The notes: generated by a model from the sequence alone, not told the origin. A DNA stretch of 62,242 nucleotides, filler included, from Choristocarpus tenellus KU-1152 (GCA_964200185.2; 12 parts of 12 records of this genome joined end to end with filler, not necessarily neighbours in it), one strand, 5' to 3'. Positions 1-20,528 are shown, numbered from the whole stretch's first letter. Program-made: numbers and translations.

Positions 1-5842
<5,842 letters not shown>

Positions 5843-6205
5843 GGGATCCACCGAAGATATTTCTTCCTCAGTCAGCAACTACTGCAGGGACTTTTTACGT
5901 AATGGAACCAATATTTTTTAGCATTCGAAGGCATTTTGCCTCCAATGTGTATTGCAGTTACCAAAAAAAAATACTGTTACAATGTACTATTATTTGAAAC
6001 TGTTTTATACTTCAGGTGTAATATTTTTTAGGGTACACCACAATAATAGGTCTGATGCAATATGACTATCTTCCCACATCGACCTTTAGCTGGGCAAAGC
6101 AAGTTCCGACAACGGCCGAGTTTGCGGGGTTGTGAGCATGATTCAAGCACCACCATGTCCGGTGTCGGCAGCAGTGGAGGGGGGTCACTATTTTTGGTCA
6201 CCGCC

Positions 6206-6305
6206 NNNNNNNNNNNNNNNNNNNNNNNNNNNNNNNNNNNNNNNNNNNNTTAATTAATTAANNNNNNNNNNNNNNNNNNNNNNNNNNNNNNNNNNNNNNN
6301 NNNNN
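6206..6305. other. Artificial contig spacer (N44-TTAATTAATTAA-N44). Also at 14640, 21068, 26859, 30053, 35845, 42593, 47344, 50571, 55880 and 58764
   Basis: The same 100-bp pattern, with a 12-mer that gives stops in all six frames, occurs 11 times. Confidence 0.97.
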
Positions 6306-6366
6306 AAAAAAACGGGGGCCTGTATAGAAATTCCCCCCCCCCCCCCCCCCCCAGATACTTTGGGTC
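6306..6366 (+). mobile_element. MITE family B terminal fragment at a contig start
   Basis: poly-C followed by AGATACTTTGGGTC, the reverse complement of the GACCCAAAGTATCT end. Confidence 0.7.
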
Positions 6367-9300
6367 TCCATGGACATGTGCCCCTCCATGAACTAACTGT
6401 AACCCTTAATACTAGAGCAGGAATTTGTTTTCTTGTTCTCAACTACTGCACGTTTGGTCCTTAAAAAATCCTCCTTTCTTTTTTCTTCCTTTGAGACATC
6501 AATACCTTCTTGTCTTTACCCCTCTTTTCTTTTCTGTATTGTTTGCATCTGTGTACCTCTACTTTTTGTCAAATATTTACTGTTATTTCCTGCATTCGTA
6601 TTGCCTTTAATAATAATAATAATAATAACAGTATCAACGATCCAAGCATGTTTCATCTTGCTTGTGTTCTCAATGACATCACCTACGCATATATTGTATA
6701 TTGGTATCACTGCATCATTCATCTGCAAATGTGCGTTCATCTTTATCATGTACACATAACTCCAACCCAAAAATATTGTGAGGGTTAGGGTTGGGACAGA
6801 GGATGGGTTAGGGGAATATCATAGTCATAGCATTCAACGCAATTAGATGTGTATATCATGAATACATTGTAACCCTAACCTTGAGAAGATGGCAAGATGA
6901 GGACCAGGATGCAGATTGTAACTTTAGGTATATAATAACCACAAAAATTGCATCAGTAAAATGATAGAAAGTACAGTACCATGTCAAGAAATACCATGTA
7001 TCTGCTCCTCCCTGACCTTTCTGGAGACTTTAAATTGAATACATGTTCCGCAGGTATGGAGTTGGTAGATCGCAACCAAGATTCAACCCTGTGAGACATC
7101 ATATCAAGGACTTCAACAATATTTTTCGAGACAGAAGAAGAGTGCAAATTATATATTGTGGGGCTTCAACCCAGGCCTGGCTTCCTACTTCTAGTATGTA
7201 ATACGTGGTGAGAATGGCTTCCATCAATACCATACTTACTGGTTGGAAAGCAAAAGTGAAAATTCTAATCTGTCCACCACAGAGACAAATGTACCACCAC
7301 TTGTTTTTTTGTCAAAGCACTACATACACTCTATTTTTGGACCTAATGACTAGGGAGCACAAAATACGCAGCCATTTGCTGTGGACCCTTTCCAGCATTT
7401 ATTTTTTTGTAGTTCGGCTGTGGCTCGGTGGTATGCAATTTAGTTTTTTTGTGGGTTCATATTCTTGCCAGGCAGGCTATCTCTTGGGACATCACACAAC
7501 AGTTTCCACTATGCACAGTCCACGTCAGCAATCAATACGAGAATCTAACCACTCAACAATAAAAGGCAATGATTTGCAATAGAAAAAAAGTGAAAGATTA
7601 AAAAAAAAACTTGTAAATCGCAGGGTTAGGGCTAGAATCGAGTGAGGAGAAGCGATCATTACAAGTGAGGATAGCAAAAGGGTGAAGGTAGGGTCACACA
7701 AGGATCAAGTGGGTCAAAGCTGGAAAGGATAACGGAAAGGGTAACAGCTAGAACAGAGGATAACATACAGAAAGGATAGGGTCAAAAGTGATGACTGCAA
7801 GGGTCAGACTCGGCACTAGCATACAGCTGTAGAGCTTCAAAGATCCACTTCTCGGAATATTGCAAAAAGCTGCGAAATAATTTTCAAAAAGCCATAATTG
7901 TTGAGGAGGACAGGGATTGAGGAGTTAAAGTTATATTTGTAAAGCTAATAAATGGCACACATCCCAATATTCCGTTCTTTATAGTGGAGTGGTGGAAGAC
8001 CACTATATGAGTAAGTATGGTAGAACTGGCTCTATTCTAAATAATTCTAAAAGAAACTCAAACAAGCTTTAGAACAACATTGCTATTTCCTGCATGGAGT
8101 TTGCAGTAGTAAATGCCAGTGACACAACTCATGTTCTTACGCAAATCTGTGGTGGTAGGATGGATCCCATTTGCTAATACCTGCAAATATTTTGATATTT
8201 CCAATTCCTTCAAGACCAATCCATTTTAAATGGAGAAGGACGGTATGATTTATAAGAACAAAGGTAGTGCCTGACAATAGTTGCAAATACCCACTGCTAG
8301 TGATAGCTACCGATACCTTACTCCTCTTTAAAGCTGATAGCACTGGATGAGCCTTAGCAATGCCAATCAGTCAACATACAACATCAACACAATTTTCAGA
8401 GACACAATTGGCATTAGCAAGGTTAACGGTAAATAGAGACTGGGACGTGAACAAATCCACCAAGGAGTCTTCTTATCCCCTCAAGACTGTGTATACTAAG
8501 GAAAGTGTAACCCCATTTCTGAATCAGATTTGCAAAGGGGGATGGAGCCATAGTTGAGCTGGCTCAACAGTACAGGAGACCAGAATTTGTACCCAACTAT
8601 TCACTGGAAGAAGTAAGTTAATCAACCTGCATACCACACTTCGCAACTTTTAAATCAACAGTACCCTCTGGAATGAAGGAAAGGTGTGGATAGTACTATG
8701 CACTTTCTTGTGATACCCAAGCTATCAGTCTACACACACAGGAGACTATAGAATTGGAACTCTCACCCCCCCCCCAAACATTACAAGTTCTTGTTGCCTG
8801 AAGCTCATAAAATATAGACGCAGGATTCTCGCAATTTTGAGAGGTGCAGGCAAGAAGTGCCCAATTCTTGTAAGACGTGAAAGGTATTTTACTCCGAAAC
8901 ACAAGCACAAAAAAGGCTATATCAACACCCCTAACCCTAACCCTAACACCCCTATGTGACTAAGGAATAAATATACCATAGACACAAGTGTAACAACAGC
9001 ATTAATAACCCAAAACTTCTCAAGCAAACAAATAGAAAATAATCCCAAGATACCTCATACAAATTACCTGAGTAATTCATTTTATTATTCAGTGTGTGAG
9101 TGTGTACTTCCAACTGTAAATAATGTTTATCCTAAATGTCTGTTGCCTTTACATTTGGAGGACATGGCAATATTCATCGCATGAGGATTTCCACATGAAT
9201 GCGATTTCATCACCAGTGGTCAAGGCCTGCCTGACAGCATACCCTTCCCCGCACAGTAAGTGGACAAAATCATACCAGCAAGCAGACACTTCAGCAACTT

Positions 9301-9370
9301 AGTTACAAATAGAGTAATCCAAAGGATGGTAAAGATGGATAGGTGCATCACGGACTCATCATAGACTCAC

Positions 9371-9557
9371 CCTGGTGATCCTCGCAGCAATTTTGGGTCC
9401 TTCTCCTCTGTCACCTCTAAAGGCTCATCCACCGCATCCTTGGGTCCCCTCAGCCCTCCTGCCTCTACCTGCACTCTCTTGGCATTAAAGGCATCCCTAT
9501 CAAACCCAGGTACATGTCCGAATGACCTCCGATGACCAAAATAGGACCGTGGTGCTC
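9371..9557 (-). CDS. Possible internal exon of an unidentified gene
   Basis: AG acceptor, open frame (APRSYFGHRRSFGHVPGFDRDAFNAK...PKLLRGSP), strong GTGAGT donor, higher GC than the flanks; no family recognised. Confidence 0.3.
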
Positions 9558-12500
9558 CTTTTCCCAGTGAAACACAAGATATTTTCAGATGTTATATTGG
9601 GATGTATCATTTAATAGGGATAACAAGGAAGCACGCAGCATGCATGCATGTGTGTCTCAACCACATACACACATCATATCAAAGGTAGCCTAAAAAAAAG
9701 GGAACAGAGGGATTTACAAAACAAATCATAACGGGGGATGAAAGGGTGGTGATGGTTAGAGGATAGAGTCAACTTCAAATTGACATTTTATTGGCATAAG
9801 AAAAACAAAGTCTGAAAAAAGGAACATGAACTTTAGTCAGTAGTTTTTTGCTATGATTTAGATTTTAAAATATATTAAAAGTTCACAAAGATTGTTTTAT
9901 CATAAAAAAAACCTTGCTGAGATGTGCGAGAGAAGAGTGCTCACTTCTTCAACCTTCATGCATGTGCCCCACAGGGTGCAACACTTCATCCTCCCCACAG
10001 GATCGCAATCTCAAGAGTCTCCTATTCATAACCCACAGCACTAGGGTAGTCCTAGCCCCAAACCCTAAGTATCACTCTGATTCAAAAAACATGAGATGCT
10101 ATGCCCATATCACACCTCATAACATGGATTTAACCTCATTTTCTTAACGTGAACAGCTGCACTCGACCCTAACCTTAACCCTATACGCATAAATAATATA
10201 AATAAATAGCACACCAAAGAAAAGGACAGGGTGTACCAAGTCAATATTCTTGTAAGCGTGAGGTATACTTTGAAAACAAGGCAGTAACCACCACATAGAA
10301 TACTGCCTATCAGATTCCTCAAAAAAATCAGAGTCAAAAGAAGCACTCAATTCTCATTACTACTCCACCAAAGCATTGTAGGTAGGAGAGAAGAACCAAC
10401 TTCCCACATAAATTTATGGCACTCATGTCTCCGCAAGGGAGTGCAAAGGGTGAAATGTGTTCAGCGATCACGAATTCCTCTTTTAATGTCAGGATTGTGA
10501 TACTAATCTTACCACAATAATTGAGGTTACGAAGAACCAATGTACTATAGTTATAAATAAGGATAGTTATAAATAAGGGCAAAGTTCCACAAAACACAAA
10601 TTCATATACTTTCAGCACACTTTACACAATTGAGACAGGCATGCTCTTGTGTTGTATCAGTAGTGTACAGTGTGAAGTTCTTCCTGTTTGACTGGGAATA
10701 GTACTATGGTGTGGACCAACATACACACCACCACGTGCATAGGCACACCAACACCTCACTTTCAGCTGAACCACCAAATCTCCACAAATAATTACCGGTT
10801 CCCTTTTTTCTGACTTAACTTGAGCACTGAAGACTATTCCTAACCTATTTGACACTACAACAATGGCGTACTTGATTGTGAATCCTTGGGCAGTAGAAGA
10901 ATGAATTTGCCGAAAGGACAACAGTTGTCCAGCTTTGTATCTCAAATCGAGTTTGGGCTGGTATAAAAAATAAGGTATTTATCAGACAAGACCAAACAAC
11001 AATTTCAATATTTTCTTTTTCGTGGTATCATTGAAACTTCAATCCATCATAAAATCTAACTTGGAAATAGGAGAAAATTTGGAGAGAGCCATTGACAAAA
11101 TCTTCTACAGAGGGCACTTAATATATATATTGTTAAGTACATGAGAGATGGATGATTTGATCCCATAAGCACCTTGCTGAGGCCCACCAAATGTCTCCCT
11201 CACACTTCATCCTGCAAACCCCAACCCCAACCCTAGCCATTCAGGTATCCTAACCCATTTTTGAATTTCTAGGTTTGTAGAACATAAAAACAGTGCAGAC
11301 ATTAGAATATTCTCACCTCGACCACCTCCCTCCAACCTGCTCGCAGTCTTGAAAGTTGCCATCAACATCAACCCCACCATACACACAAACAACACCTTTA
11401 GAGTCACACACAAGATGGCCATTCGGGCCCGCATCCCCTCCCCCTTCACCTTGCCCTTAGGTGACAGCATCATCACCCTGCCCAAACCCCACCGACCTAA
11501 CCCTAACCTGTTCCTCCCACACTTTGCCCTTGCCCCTAGGCCCTTTATCTTGTGGAGCCTGAAATGTCGCCACTCCCCCCTCACCCTGAAGCACCACTCC
11601 ACTCCGTCCAACTGACAAACAGTGCGTTTAGTTGCAACTGCAAAGTTTTGTTCCAGCATGTACATTCAGTCAGTTGGAGATTAAAACAGAGAAAGGAGCG
11701 CCCTTGTTGCTCAAGTAAGGAGTATATTTTTCAGCAGGTGTGATAATAATATTAACATTATTATGCATCCAAGACCCATGAACTGTATTAGTTCCAATAT
11801 TGATTTCAGGGTGTTGAGTTTAGGGATTCATGGTGATGAGGACATCAGTAATAGAGAAAGGATGTTAGGGAAAATGAAAATTTATCCATTTGAATCACTG
11901 AATCAAAATTTGAGAGTTGCGATCGCTTTTTGACCTGGGAACAGGCCCCAGAAACACTCTTCTATCGGCACACCATAGAACCACCAGATACACTTCCAAG
12001 TTTGGCCATACACGAATATCTTCGATATGGTTGCATCAACTACACAAGTCCGACTTGAATTCGACCTGGGAAAAGAGGTTATGCAATGAAGGTCTTTCAA
12101 GGGGTCTCGCAACCTGCCGCATTTCTACTGAAGACACACTGCAACCATGTATCACATAGTGCATTTCTTCAATCTTAAAGGCAACCTCTCAGGAATGATC
12201 GAGCAGCGAAACCTCGCCCTGGATTGTCGTCTCAGGTGTCGAGAAGCGGGGAATGGGTGATCTTAGCCCACGCCCAGCAGCATAGACATACCTCTGATTC
12301 TCACAGGGAATTCAAATATTGCTGAACCCAACAATCCAAATGACATATAACCTACTATCACGATGGTCACCGGAATATGACACACTGCGAAGGTTTCCTT
12401 TTACAGAACCATGGAGTCGCATAACCCTAACACAGTCAACAAGTTGCCTAGACCAACAAACTCTTCCTCAAGTTCAAATTTGACTCACCTAACACTAATC

Positions 12501-14493
12501 TTGCCAAGCCGGGACTTTCCCACGTGTTTAAGTGGTACAAGAAGGCTGGAGATGCTATCTCCAAATATAACTTTGTTATTCAGTCGACTGTCCAAACCTT
12601 TCGACCTCGGCCACGATATCCCCCTCCTTTACCGGACAAACAACATCGGTGGGAAAAAAGAAGATATAGCCCAATATGCAATATTCTTGGGAGCTTCATA
12701 AGGGTATTGCAATCTCGAATCATGAAAAAGCATGGTTTGTTGATACACATTCATCACCCCGTCAAGATTACCATTGCACTTTGACCTAGTTTTTAAAGTG
12801 TTGAAGATAACTCATAGACAAGAAGACGCAGAAGAAAACTCTACCTACCGCCGTGCTTGTTTTGTACCAAATATCACGTCACAATTCATTCATGCTTTGG
12901 GAGCTACCCTTCATCGCTCTTTGTAGCAAGCTACCTAACAATGCTGTCACAATGACAGCTTGGTGTTTTGGTTATGTGTGGAGACATAAACTCTCAAATC
13001 TATGACCTTGAGATAATTTTAATAAACACTCCACTCCGTCTACCAGATCTTTCCTCCACTGTAGCACAAAAGAATGACAGTAATAGCAGTAGGGTTAGAG
13101 GGTTCAACTGTACAGACAGTTCATCCCATCACCAATCTTTTTTATCTTGATATATTAATCTGTTTTATGATAATCGATTTTTATCTACTATTACATTTAA
13201 CTGTCATGATATTTCAATCTTTCTCCCTCTAATACTAACTCGATACTCTGTTACATTCCTTCTACCTCCTACATTAATACTAATAGTATATAACATATAG
13301 TGATATATTTAAGGAGTTTCAGAATATTGATTGGCTTTTCCCCTAAAACATCAAGAAAATGTGAGAGGGTATAATAATATACAAAATATGGACTATCAAA
13401 TTCCATATGTTTCCAAATGTCAACATCAAAAAAGTTCCTTTCAATGTTTGAAATGAGAGATATGGGAAATTATACCTAAAGATTAAGCAAAATGACCCAC
13501 CAAAATGGAAAAACGAATAATAATCAATTGGACATCAAATAGAAAAGGGGACCAATAGTTTCTCTGAAATGCGAATAGTTTGCATTGGTTCTTAATAAAT
13601 GTATAATTATAAAAATATTAGAGATAATCCTCAATGACTTCACACTGCAAAAACAATGGTATGGTATTAATATTCGAACTTCTAATGCGAAAAACCGTTG
13701 GTTGTCTCAATTCTCCGAATTTGATGTCCTGTGTACGTTAGGAGTTACCTGTAGTGATATAGGTGATGTTGAAGGTGTAGAGTAAAGACCTGTTAGTACC
13801 TTTGACAAGAACATGTTGGACGAATTGAAAATATTGTCGCACCGTCTTTGTCCAGACCCATATATATACCAATGCCAACCCCACACATAGGTAGTCCAAC
13901 AATTTGTTGTCGAATTTCCCCTCTCACCTCTAATAATCAGAAAAATATAAGAAAAAATTATTGGCATAGAACACGATTGGCATTTGTGTTCGCTGTGGTA
14001 AAACATCTTGAGATAATATGAAGCACTTTCAAAAGGGATAGTTTATGAAGTAGTCTGAGTTTTGTGGATGATGGAAGATTCTGGTGGTAATGTGGTATAG
14101 GGTAAGGAGAGGTGAGGAAGGAAAAAGGAAAAGTAGGCAAGGTGTGGACAAAGAGTTAAGTACTGAGTGATTAGAAGGGAGAAGAGGCAGGAGAGAAGAA
14201 AAAGAAGTGGTTGGTAGGCGGAGGCACAAGGAAAGAGGGAATGGTCAGTATGTAAAGGGAACCGAGGGCTGGTGGTACAAGACGAGGAGGAGCTAGAACA
14301 AGACAATCTACGAGCAACCTCTCCCGCCCACGCACCCTGTCGCTTGCTCACAACCAATTGGGATGCTGGGTAAGGGGAGGGGAGTTCAAGTTTGGGCAGG
14401 GTAGAAGAAGTCAAGTTCAAAGGCACAGTTTGAAGTGGATGGTGAAGGAGTGTTCTTGGATGATTGTGGAGTGTTGTTGAGTGGTGTGGGGTT

Positions 14494-14639
14494 GAGTGAA
14501 AGTATCTTAGAGGGTACGAGTTTTGCCCTGTTTGTCCATTTGGGACTTGGCTTCTCATAGGTTTAGTTATGGTATTTTCCTACTCCAAAATATTTTGGAG
14601 TTGGTAAAATGTACAAGTTATGAAAATGTGTGTCCACAA
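14494..14639 (-). mobile_element. MITE family A, truncated by a contig end
   Basis: GAGTGAAAGTATCTTAGAGGGTACGAGTTTTGCCCTGTTTGTCCATTTG long arm plus the internal hairpin. Confidence 0.88.
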
Positions 14640-14739
14640 NNNNNNNNNNNNNNNNNNNNNNNNNNNNNNNNNNNNNNNNNNNNTTAATTAATTAANNNNN
14701 NNNNNNNNNNNNNNNNNNNNNNNNNNNNNNNNNNNNNNN

Positions 14740-14761
14740 CCACCCCCAGATACTTTGAGCC
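14740..14761 (-). mobile_element. MITE family B terminal fragment
   Basis: CCCCCAGATACTTTGAGCC at a contig start. Confidence 0.65.
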
Positions 14762-16619
14762 CTGTGTACTAACCCATCCTATCTTTAGAGGGGGGGTCTA
14801 TTCTGGCCCTTTTTTGAATGTTGACCCAGAGTAAACGAGAGGTACCTAGGGTTGCATTCTTAATAAGGATGTATGGCAAATATGCAAAAGAGTCCAACTA
14901 ATTGAGAGGTATAGAGGGTTGAAATTTAAGGATCCCAAGAAATACCAAAAAGACGTAATTTTGAGCAATTAATTGAGGAAAGGGCCTTTGCTTGGTTGTA
15001 GTTTCATTTTGAAAGGGGAAATCGATTTTGCGTGCATATTGTGGATATGAGACAATGAAATAGAGTGCATTACAATGGGTAACAAAGATGATTTAGAATC
15101 CAAAAGGGTCCAATCCTGCATACCTCTCAAAATAGTTTCGCTAAGAGAAATCGACATTTTGTACAAATACGTCGAGGGAATTTTCTGAGTTCTCTCCAAA
15201 AGTTTGAAACAATATAGAAATCAATGCTCTCAAGTCAATCTCACACTTCATCCATAGAAGTAAAGGCGAACAGAAAAATATGAAAACACGGCTTGAAATG
15301 CAAAACTGTCAAAACCTGGGTACCTCTGCTATACTTCGGCTCATTTGGGGACTTTTTTACTTCCTGATTGACACCGTATTCACATGCCTGAAATCCAGCA
15401 AATCCCCCTTCTGTTGCTGCTACTGTAATGGAAGGCAAACGTTTCTCCACAAGAGCCAAATCATCCTCCAGAGTGCTAGAAGTACACGTAACAGTAGACA
15501 CTCAAAGTGGTCCAAAACGTTAAACGCCTCTCTCTAAGGATAGCTCGACTGATAAACAATATGCAGTGCAGTGGCTTGTGCTTAGGCACAGTCTCTAGAG
15601 CTTAGATCTTAGGGCTAAAACACCCATATTGCTGCAGATATTTTGATGTGCAAGGCAGTACCGGTGTAGAGCACGAAAATATTTTGCCACTGGTTGAAGG
15701 AAGTCTATGAGGAGTTACTTTGAACCAGGGGTCTATTACATTTACTGCTAACAGTTGATGATGTCAGAACTTTGAGTTGCATGCATAAGATGTCAGTAGT
15801 ACGATAGTAGAATTAGAGACAGAGAGGGGGAAACGAAGCCTTGTGCATTCCTGTGCATAGCCGGATAGCATTTATTTGCTGCTACACGATATGTAAGTAA
15901 GGATAAAATTCCCCTCCTTGCTCGTTCATCTTAGACATGCTTATTGCTTCAATGCCTACCTTGATACTATCTGATAATATACAAACCTACCTTGTTGCAA
16001 GTGCTCATATTCTATTTCCCCTAATAATAAGAGACATGATGTACCTCTTGTATACTGAAGTCATGTGCACAACAAAACTACACAACTAAACAGAGGGCAC
16101 AATATCCCCCCAAAAGGCAGCAACAACGATGCTCCCTCCCCATCAAAACAGACACGACTTGCTTGACTCTGCATCAAAATACCATACTGCAGTACAGTGA
16201 CACAGCACAAAAACAGTAGGACCTTCAGCAGCAGATACTGCATGTAGCAATTGGCAACTGTTGGCACTTCAGCTCTTGAGACAAAGAAAGCCATGTGTGT
16301 TGAGTACTGCTCACTTTGACCAATATGTGTGCTGGTCTATGATAACTTCGAGCACGAAATGCGACAGAGAACAATCTGGTGATGTGTGCAATACAATATC
16401 CTGGCGGGTTCATACTCTCAACTGCAGCAAGAGCATAGCATCGTGCCTCCTGTCCAGGTACCACCGCCCGAGTCTGAAATAAACCCTGCAACATACACAA
16501 CAGATCTACGGGAAGGACGCATCACTAAACAAGAGTCAGAATCTTTACATGTGGAGTGGTGAGTTCTACGCTACCCATGCATCTATCAAAGATCTCTTAA
16601 CAAACTAAAAATTGTGCTT

Positions 16620-19600
16620 GCTGCTGAGGACATGGATGCAGCATCTCCATTGCACCCGCCGTTCATGGGCAAGACTTTCCCTCCTCTGTGGAAGGCATCC
16701 ATCTGCCACTGGTTGAGAGTGCGGTAAATTTTGCTCTGGAGAATGCAAGAAAGGAAGGGGAGGTGGGCGAAATGAGGGTATGGTCCTGCACATGAAAAGG
16801 AGTTTATCCGGAAATAAAGACAAAAAGATCCGGAACAAGTAGAAAGATACTGTAGTGCATCCTGAACAACGTTAAATTAAGAGTCTCACACTCCCCATGT
16901 CCCAACAGTGCTTCTCTCATGCTCCAATGCACCAGTCAGCCAGTGTGTGAATCACATCCCGTCTCATGGCAAAGCTGTGTCATCAGAACCCAGTTGGAAA
17001 GGGTCAGTGACAACTAGATTTGTTACCGATTTGTCTGCCAGTAACCATATCACTATTGAGTCAAAGTATCTTAGAGGGCAGAGTTGCGTCCATTTGGGGG
17101 CCAAAATCCAATGTTGCGATTTTGAAGTAATTTTGGCTATGGTGTTTGTTAGGAAGTGTCAATATCCTTGTTCCAGACACACCTTTTCATAACGTACACA
17201 TTCTACCCAATAACCCTAACTCCAAAACATTTTGAAGTAGGAAAAAATATCATAAAAAAAAGACATGGGAAGCCAAGACCTAAATGGACAAACAGGGCAA
17301 AACTCGTACCCTTTTAAGATACTTTTACTCTTATAAATCCCTGCATAACACCATTGATGAGAAGAACACCGCATCTCACAACAAGAGAGAAGGGCATCAC
17401 CAAACGTGTTTGTCAACCCAACTCCAACTGGGCTAAGCTTGCCCTCACCCGCAGGAGGCGGAAGTGTGAACGAGCAACATCCCGGTATGGACCAGTCTTG
17501 GACTTCAGCACAGCAACTACTGCAAACAACAGAGTTGCATTGCGGATTCCACTGTTGTAGTGCTGGCTCCCTGCTGCACCCTTCAAGAAAGAGAATGAAG
17601 GGGGGAGGAAAGGGATAATCCTGAAGCAAGATTTGACATAGGTGAGTCTTCTGCTTGTGCAGCAGCAAAAGAAGGACGTCAGTTTTCACGTTCACACTTA
17701 AAACTCTTGAAGAAATTACAATTTGTTCCGGGCTTGGTGTCACACTCCGAACTGAGGTGAGGCGATATCAGTAACATGTCGACCAATTTAACACTTAACA
17801 CATAGGGTCAACCAATGAAAAAAGGAAGAGAAGCCTTTCTTGCAAGAATATTATACTTAATCCCCCAGAGTGTCACATTTTGATTGGTTGGCGTTCCACT
17901 AAGCATCGATGTTATACTACTTGGAAGTAACCAAGTAAGAGTTACACAGGTTAACCATACTTCGTACAATAACAGCTCAAAAGTACACCAAATAACATGA
18001 TAACAAAAAAAAATTCAGCCAAGGAATTGGAGTGTGCATGTCACCACTATCACCTGTGGGGTACCCAAGGTAGCTTCATAACCTGGCTCATTGAAGTATG
18101 GCTCGGCCACAAAGATGAGGCTTTGAATTGACACCAGGACCTGCGAGGCATTCATCACCAACAGAGGCACACACGCGTCCCAATGCAACCTTGAGGAACC
18201 CAGAGACACTGCTGAGATTGGGTGTGTGTGTGTGGAGGAGCAAATCCAGCATGCCAACAACACCTTCATACCACAAAGTTTATGACCTTGATGAGGGTAG
18301 GTGTATCAATACCTCACACAATCAGAGGAACACAAATATTCCGGCTCCTGAATCCTCCATACTTCAAGTAAGAAATGACAAGCCAGTAAGAGCAAACTGC
18401 CTTCCAAACAATTGAAGACCGATTCGAAAACAGAACAGACAACCGGAATTGCATATTTTTAAAACCTCAAGTCCATCTGAGTGAAAGTATCTTAAGAGGG
18501 TACGAGTTTTGCCCTGTTTGTCCATTTGGGGCTTGGCTTCCAATGGCTTTTTTCTAATGATATTTTCCTACTCCAAAATATTTCGGAGTAGGTAAAACGC
18601 ATACACTACGAAAAGGTCTGTCTTGAACAAGGATATTGACACTTCCTAACAAACACAATAGCCAAAATTACATCAAAATCGTAACATTGGATTTTGGCCC
18701 CCAAATGGACGCAGCCCTACCCTCTAAGATACTTCAGCTCTCTGATTTTTTTTTTTAAACACCAGAAAAAGTTTGGTTCTCGGTCAAAACTGGAGAAAAA
18801 AAATAAAACGCTCAAAATCATTTCAGACTCTGTGACGTTTGGCAGTTCAGAAAAAAATAAAATACGCTACAATAACACACCCACCCTGACAGAGACCCAT
18901 CACAGACCGATCCGAGGCATTAACTGCTGCAGTTTTCTACAAACTAGCGATCACTGCATACCCCTGAAACCATTTTTGTCACTACCACCTGGTACCTGCT
19001 TGTCCCTTACGCCCTAGTCACATTCTCATGCTTCAGGCTCAGCACTCCAATCGTGCTTGTATGTCCAGTGCCAAACATATATATTTCTTCAAACACCCAT
19101 GTATGTCCAGTGGCAAGGTGTTTATCTTCGACTGTCTGCAGCATCACTAATAATCAAAGTGCACCCCGATGGACCTAAGCACCTCTACACACCAGTCACA
19201 TACAGGTCTATAAGAGAAATGAACAAGTCCTCCTGTTTACTCTCTACATGGTGGCTACTGGTACTGATACTATAATTCACCTCCTAAGGACTGCACTGTC
19301 GTCCACCAGTAAGGTGAGACCTAGTCACTGTTTTGTCAGTTTACAAGCCCTGCACTGAAGGCAAGGTGAAGGCATTTAAGCATTTTTTTTTCCTTGCCTG
19401 GAGCAGAGTGCTGGTCTTGGGGTCCCACCCAGGGCCTTGCCACGTCCCCAGAAGCGACAAACACACCTTACCTTAAGATATTAGCAGGTATTTTCAAGGG
19501 GGAGGGCAGTGCAGTGATTATCAGAGTAATCTACTTACTCAACCATCAATGACAGATCACTTCTTTTAATAGTAGTATGACGAGAATAGACTAAAGCATT

Positions 19601-20375
19601 AAAAGCATTATGAGGGGTACACACCAGTTGACATCTCCAAGTAAATAATCCATCTCCACTCTGCCCAACGAAAGCAAACCTGATGTTACCCTGTGGGACA
19701 ACGGCTCAAGTGGAGTGCAACTTGATGTCTGGGCAGGGACTGCAATCGATACGCCTTTACAAAAATATCTATTGCACGCTGTGTCTGCAATCTGCATAAT
19801 CAATTTCAGGTTTCAGGTGTCATTCCTCATCACACTTCGGTGCCAGCCCACAACACAGCCTTGGTTTGTGGGAGATTCGAGACAATCTCCATCTCCCTTA
19901 ACACAAACTGCGCCAGATAGGTGAAGATGGTGAATTGGATGTGGCGGTATGACTCCAGGAAGCTCAGACAATTTGTTGGGCAGTTGGGTGGTACAAGTTG
20001 CCTAAAATCTGCCATAGCTTATGAACTATATTTGTCCCTGAGAATGTTCTCCTTCAAACACAACAGGCCTTTCTCGAACCCTTCTTCGCAGCACCGGTAC
20101 GGTTCTTACTCAGTCCAGTACCTGTGAAGTACTGGCACAGCAATAGTGCAGTACTAAAACATGTGCTGTACCACAGAGGTGGGTTGTAACATAGTGCATC
20201 ACAGTACAAGCATAAGAAGCAACATGAACATTCACACAAAAAAAAGTAACGTACCATTGGCGTAGAGGTTTGGGTTCATTCTCACTCGACCACCACCTGT
20301 CGTGAGGAAGTGCACCAGGGGTGGACTGTTGGGATAGTTTGACGGCAAGAGTATATCGAACTCAAAGCAGCCCGC
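16620..20375 (-). CDS. Ubiquitin-conjugating (UBC/E2) domain protein of BIRC6/UBE2O-like type, spliced, partial
   Basis: Exons 20375-20255 ([40 protein letters not shown]), 19471-19398 ([24 protein letters not shown], catalytic Cys), 18140-18054 ([22 protein letters not shown]), 17580-17449 ([16 protein letters not shown]...SHFRLLR), 16735-~16620 ([10 protein letters not shown]). Further exons are possible near 16470 and 15475. Confidence 0.88.
17058..17330 (+). mobile_element. MITE family A in a UBC-gene intron
   Basis: Both TIRs; small AATAACCCTAA-type insertion near 17209; TSD not clean (ATT/TTA). Confidence 0.88.
18479..18740 (-). mobile_element. MITE family A in a UBC-gene intron
   Basis: Both TIRs; 3-bp TSD TCT. 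Confidence 0.9.
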
Positions 20376-20435
20376 CTGTTTGCCATAGCAGTATGTTTGC
20401 AAAGCAGAAGGCGGTGAAGGGGCGTGGCAGAGGTG

Positions 20436-20460
20436 GAGTGTGAGTGTGAGTGTGAGTGTG

Positions 20461-20492
<32 letters not shown>

Positions 20493-20493
20493 C

Positions 20494-20525
<32 letters not shown>
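20436..20525. repeat. Compound microsatellite (GAGTGT)n-(GT)n-(GA)n
   Basis: Read directly; lies just upstream of a UBC exon acceptor on the minus strand. Confidence 0.95.

Positions 20526-20528
<3 letters not shown>

Noticed and set aside
8929-8946. (CCCTAA)3 as a telomere
   Set aside because: Only three interstitial units; similar short motifs are scattered through the window.
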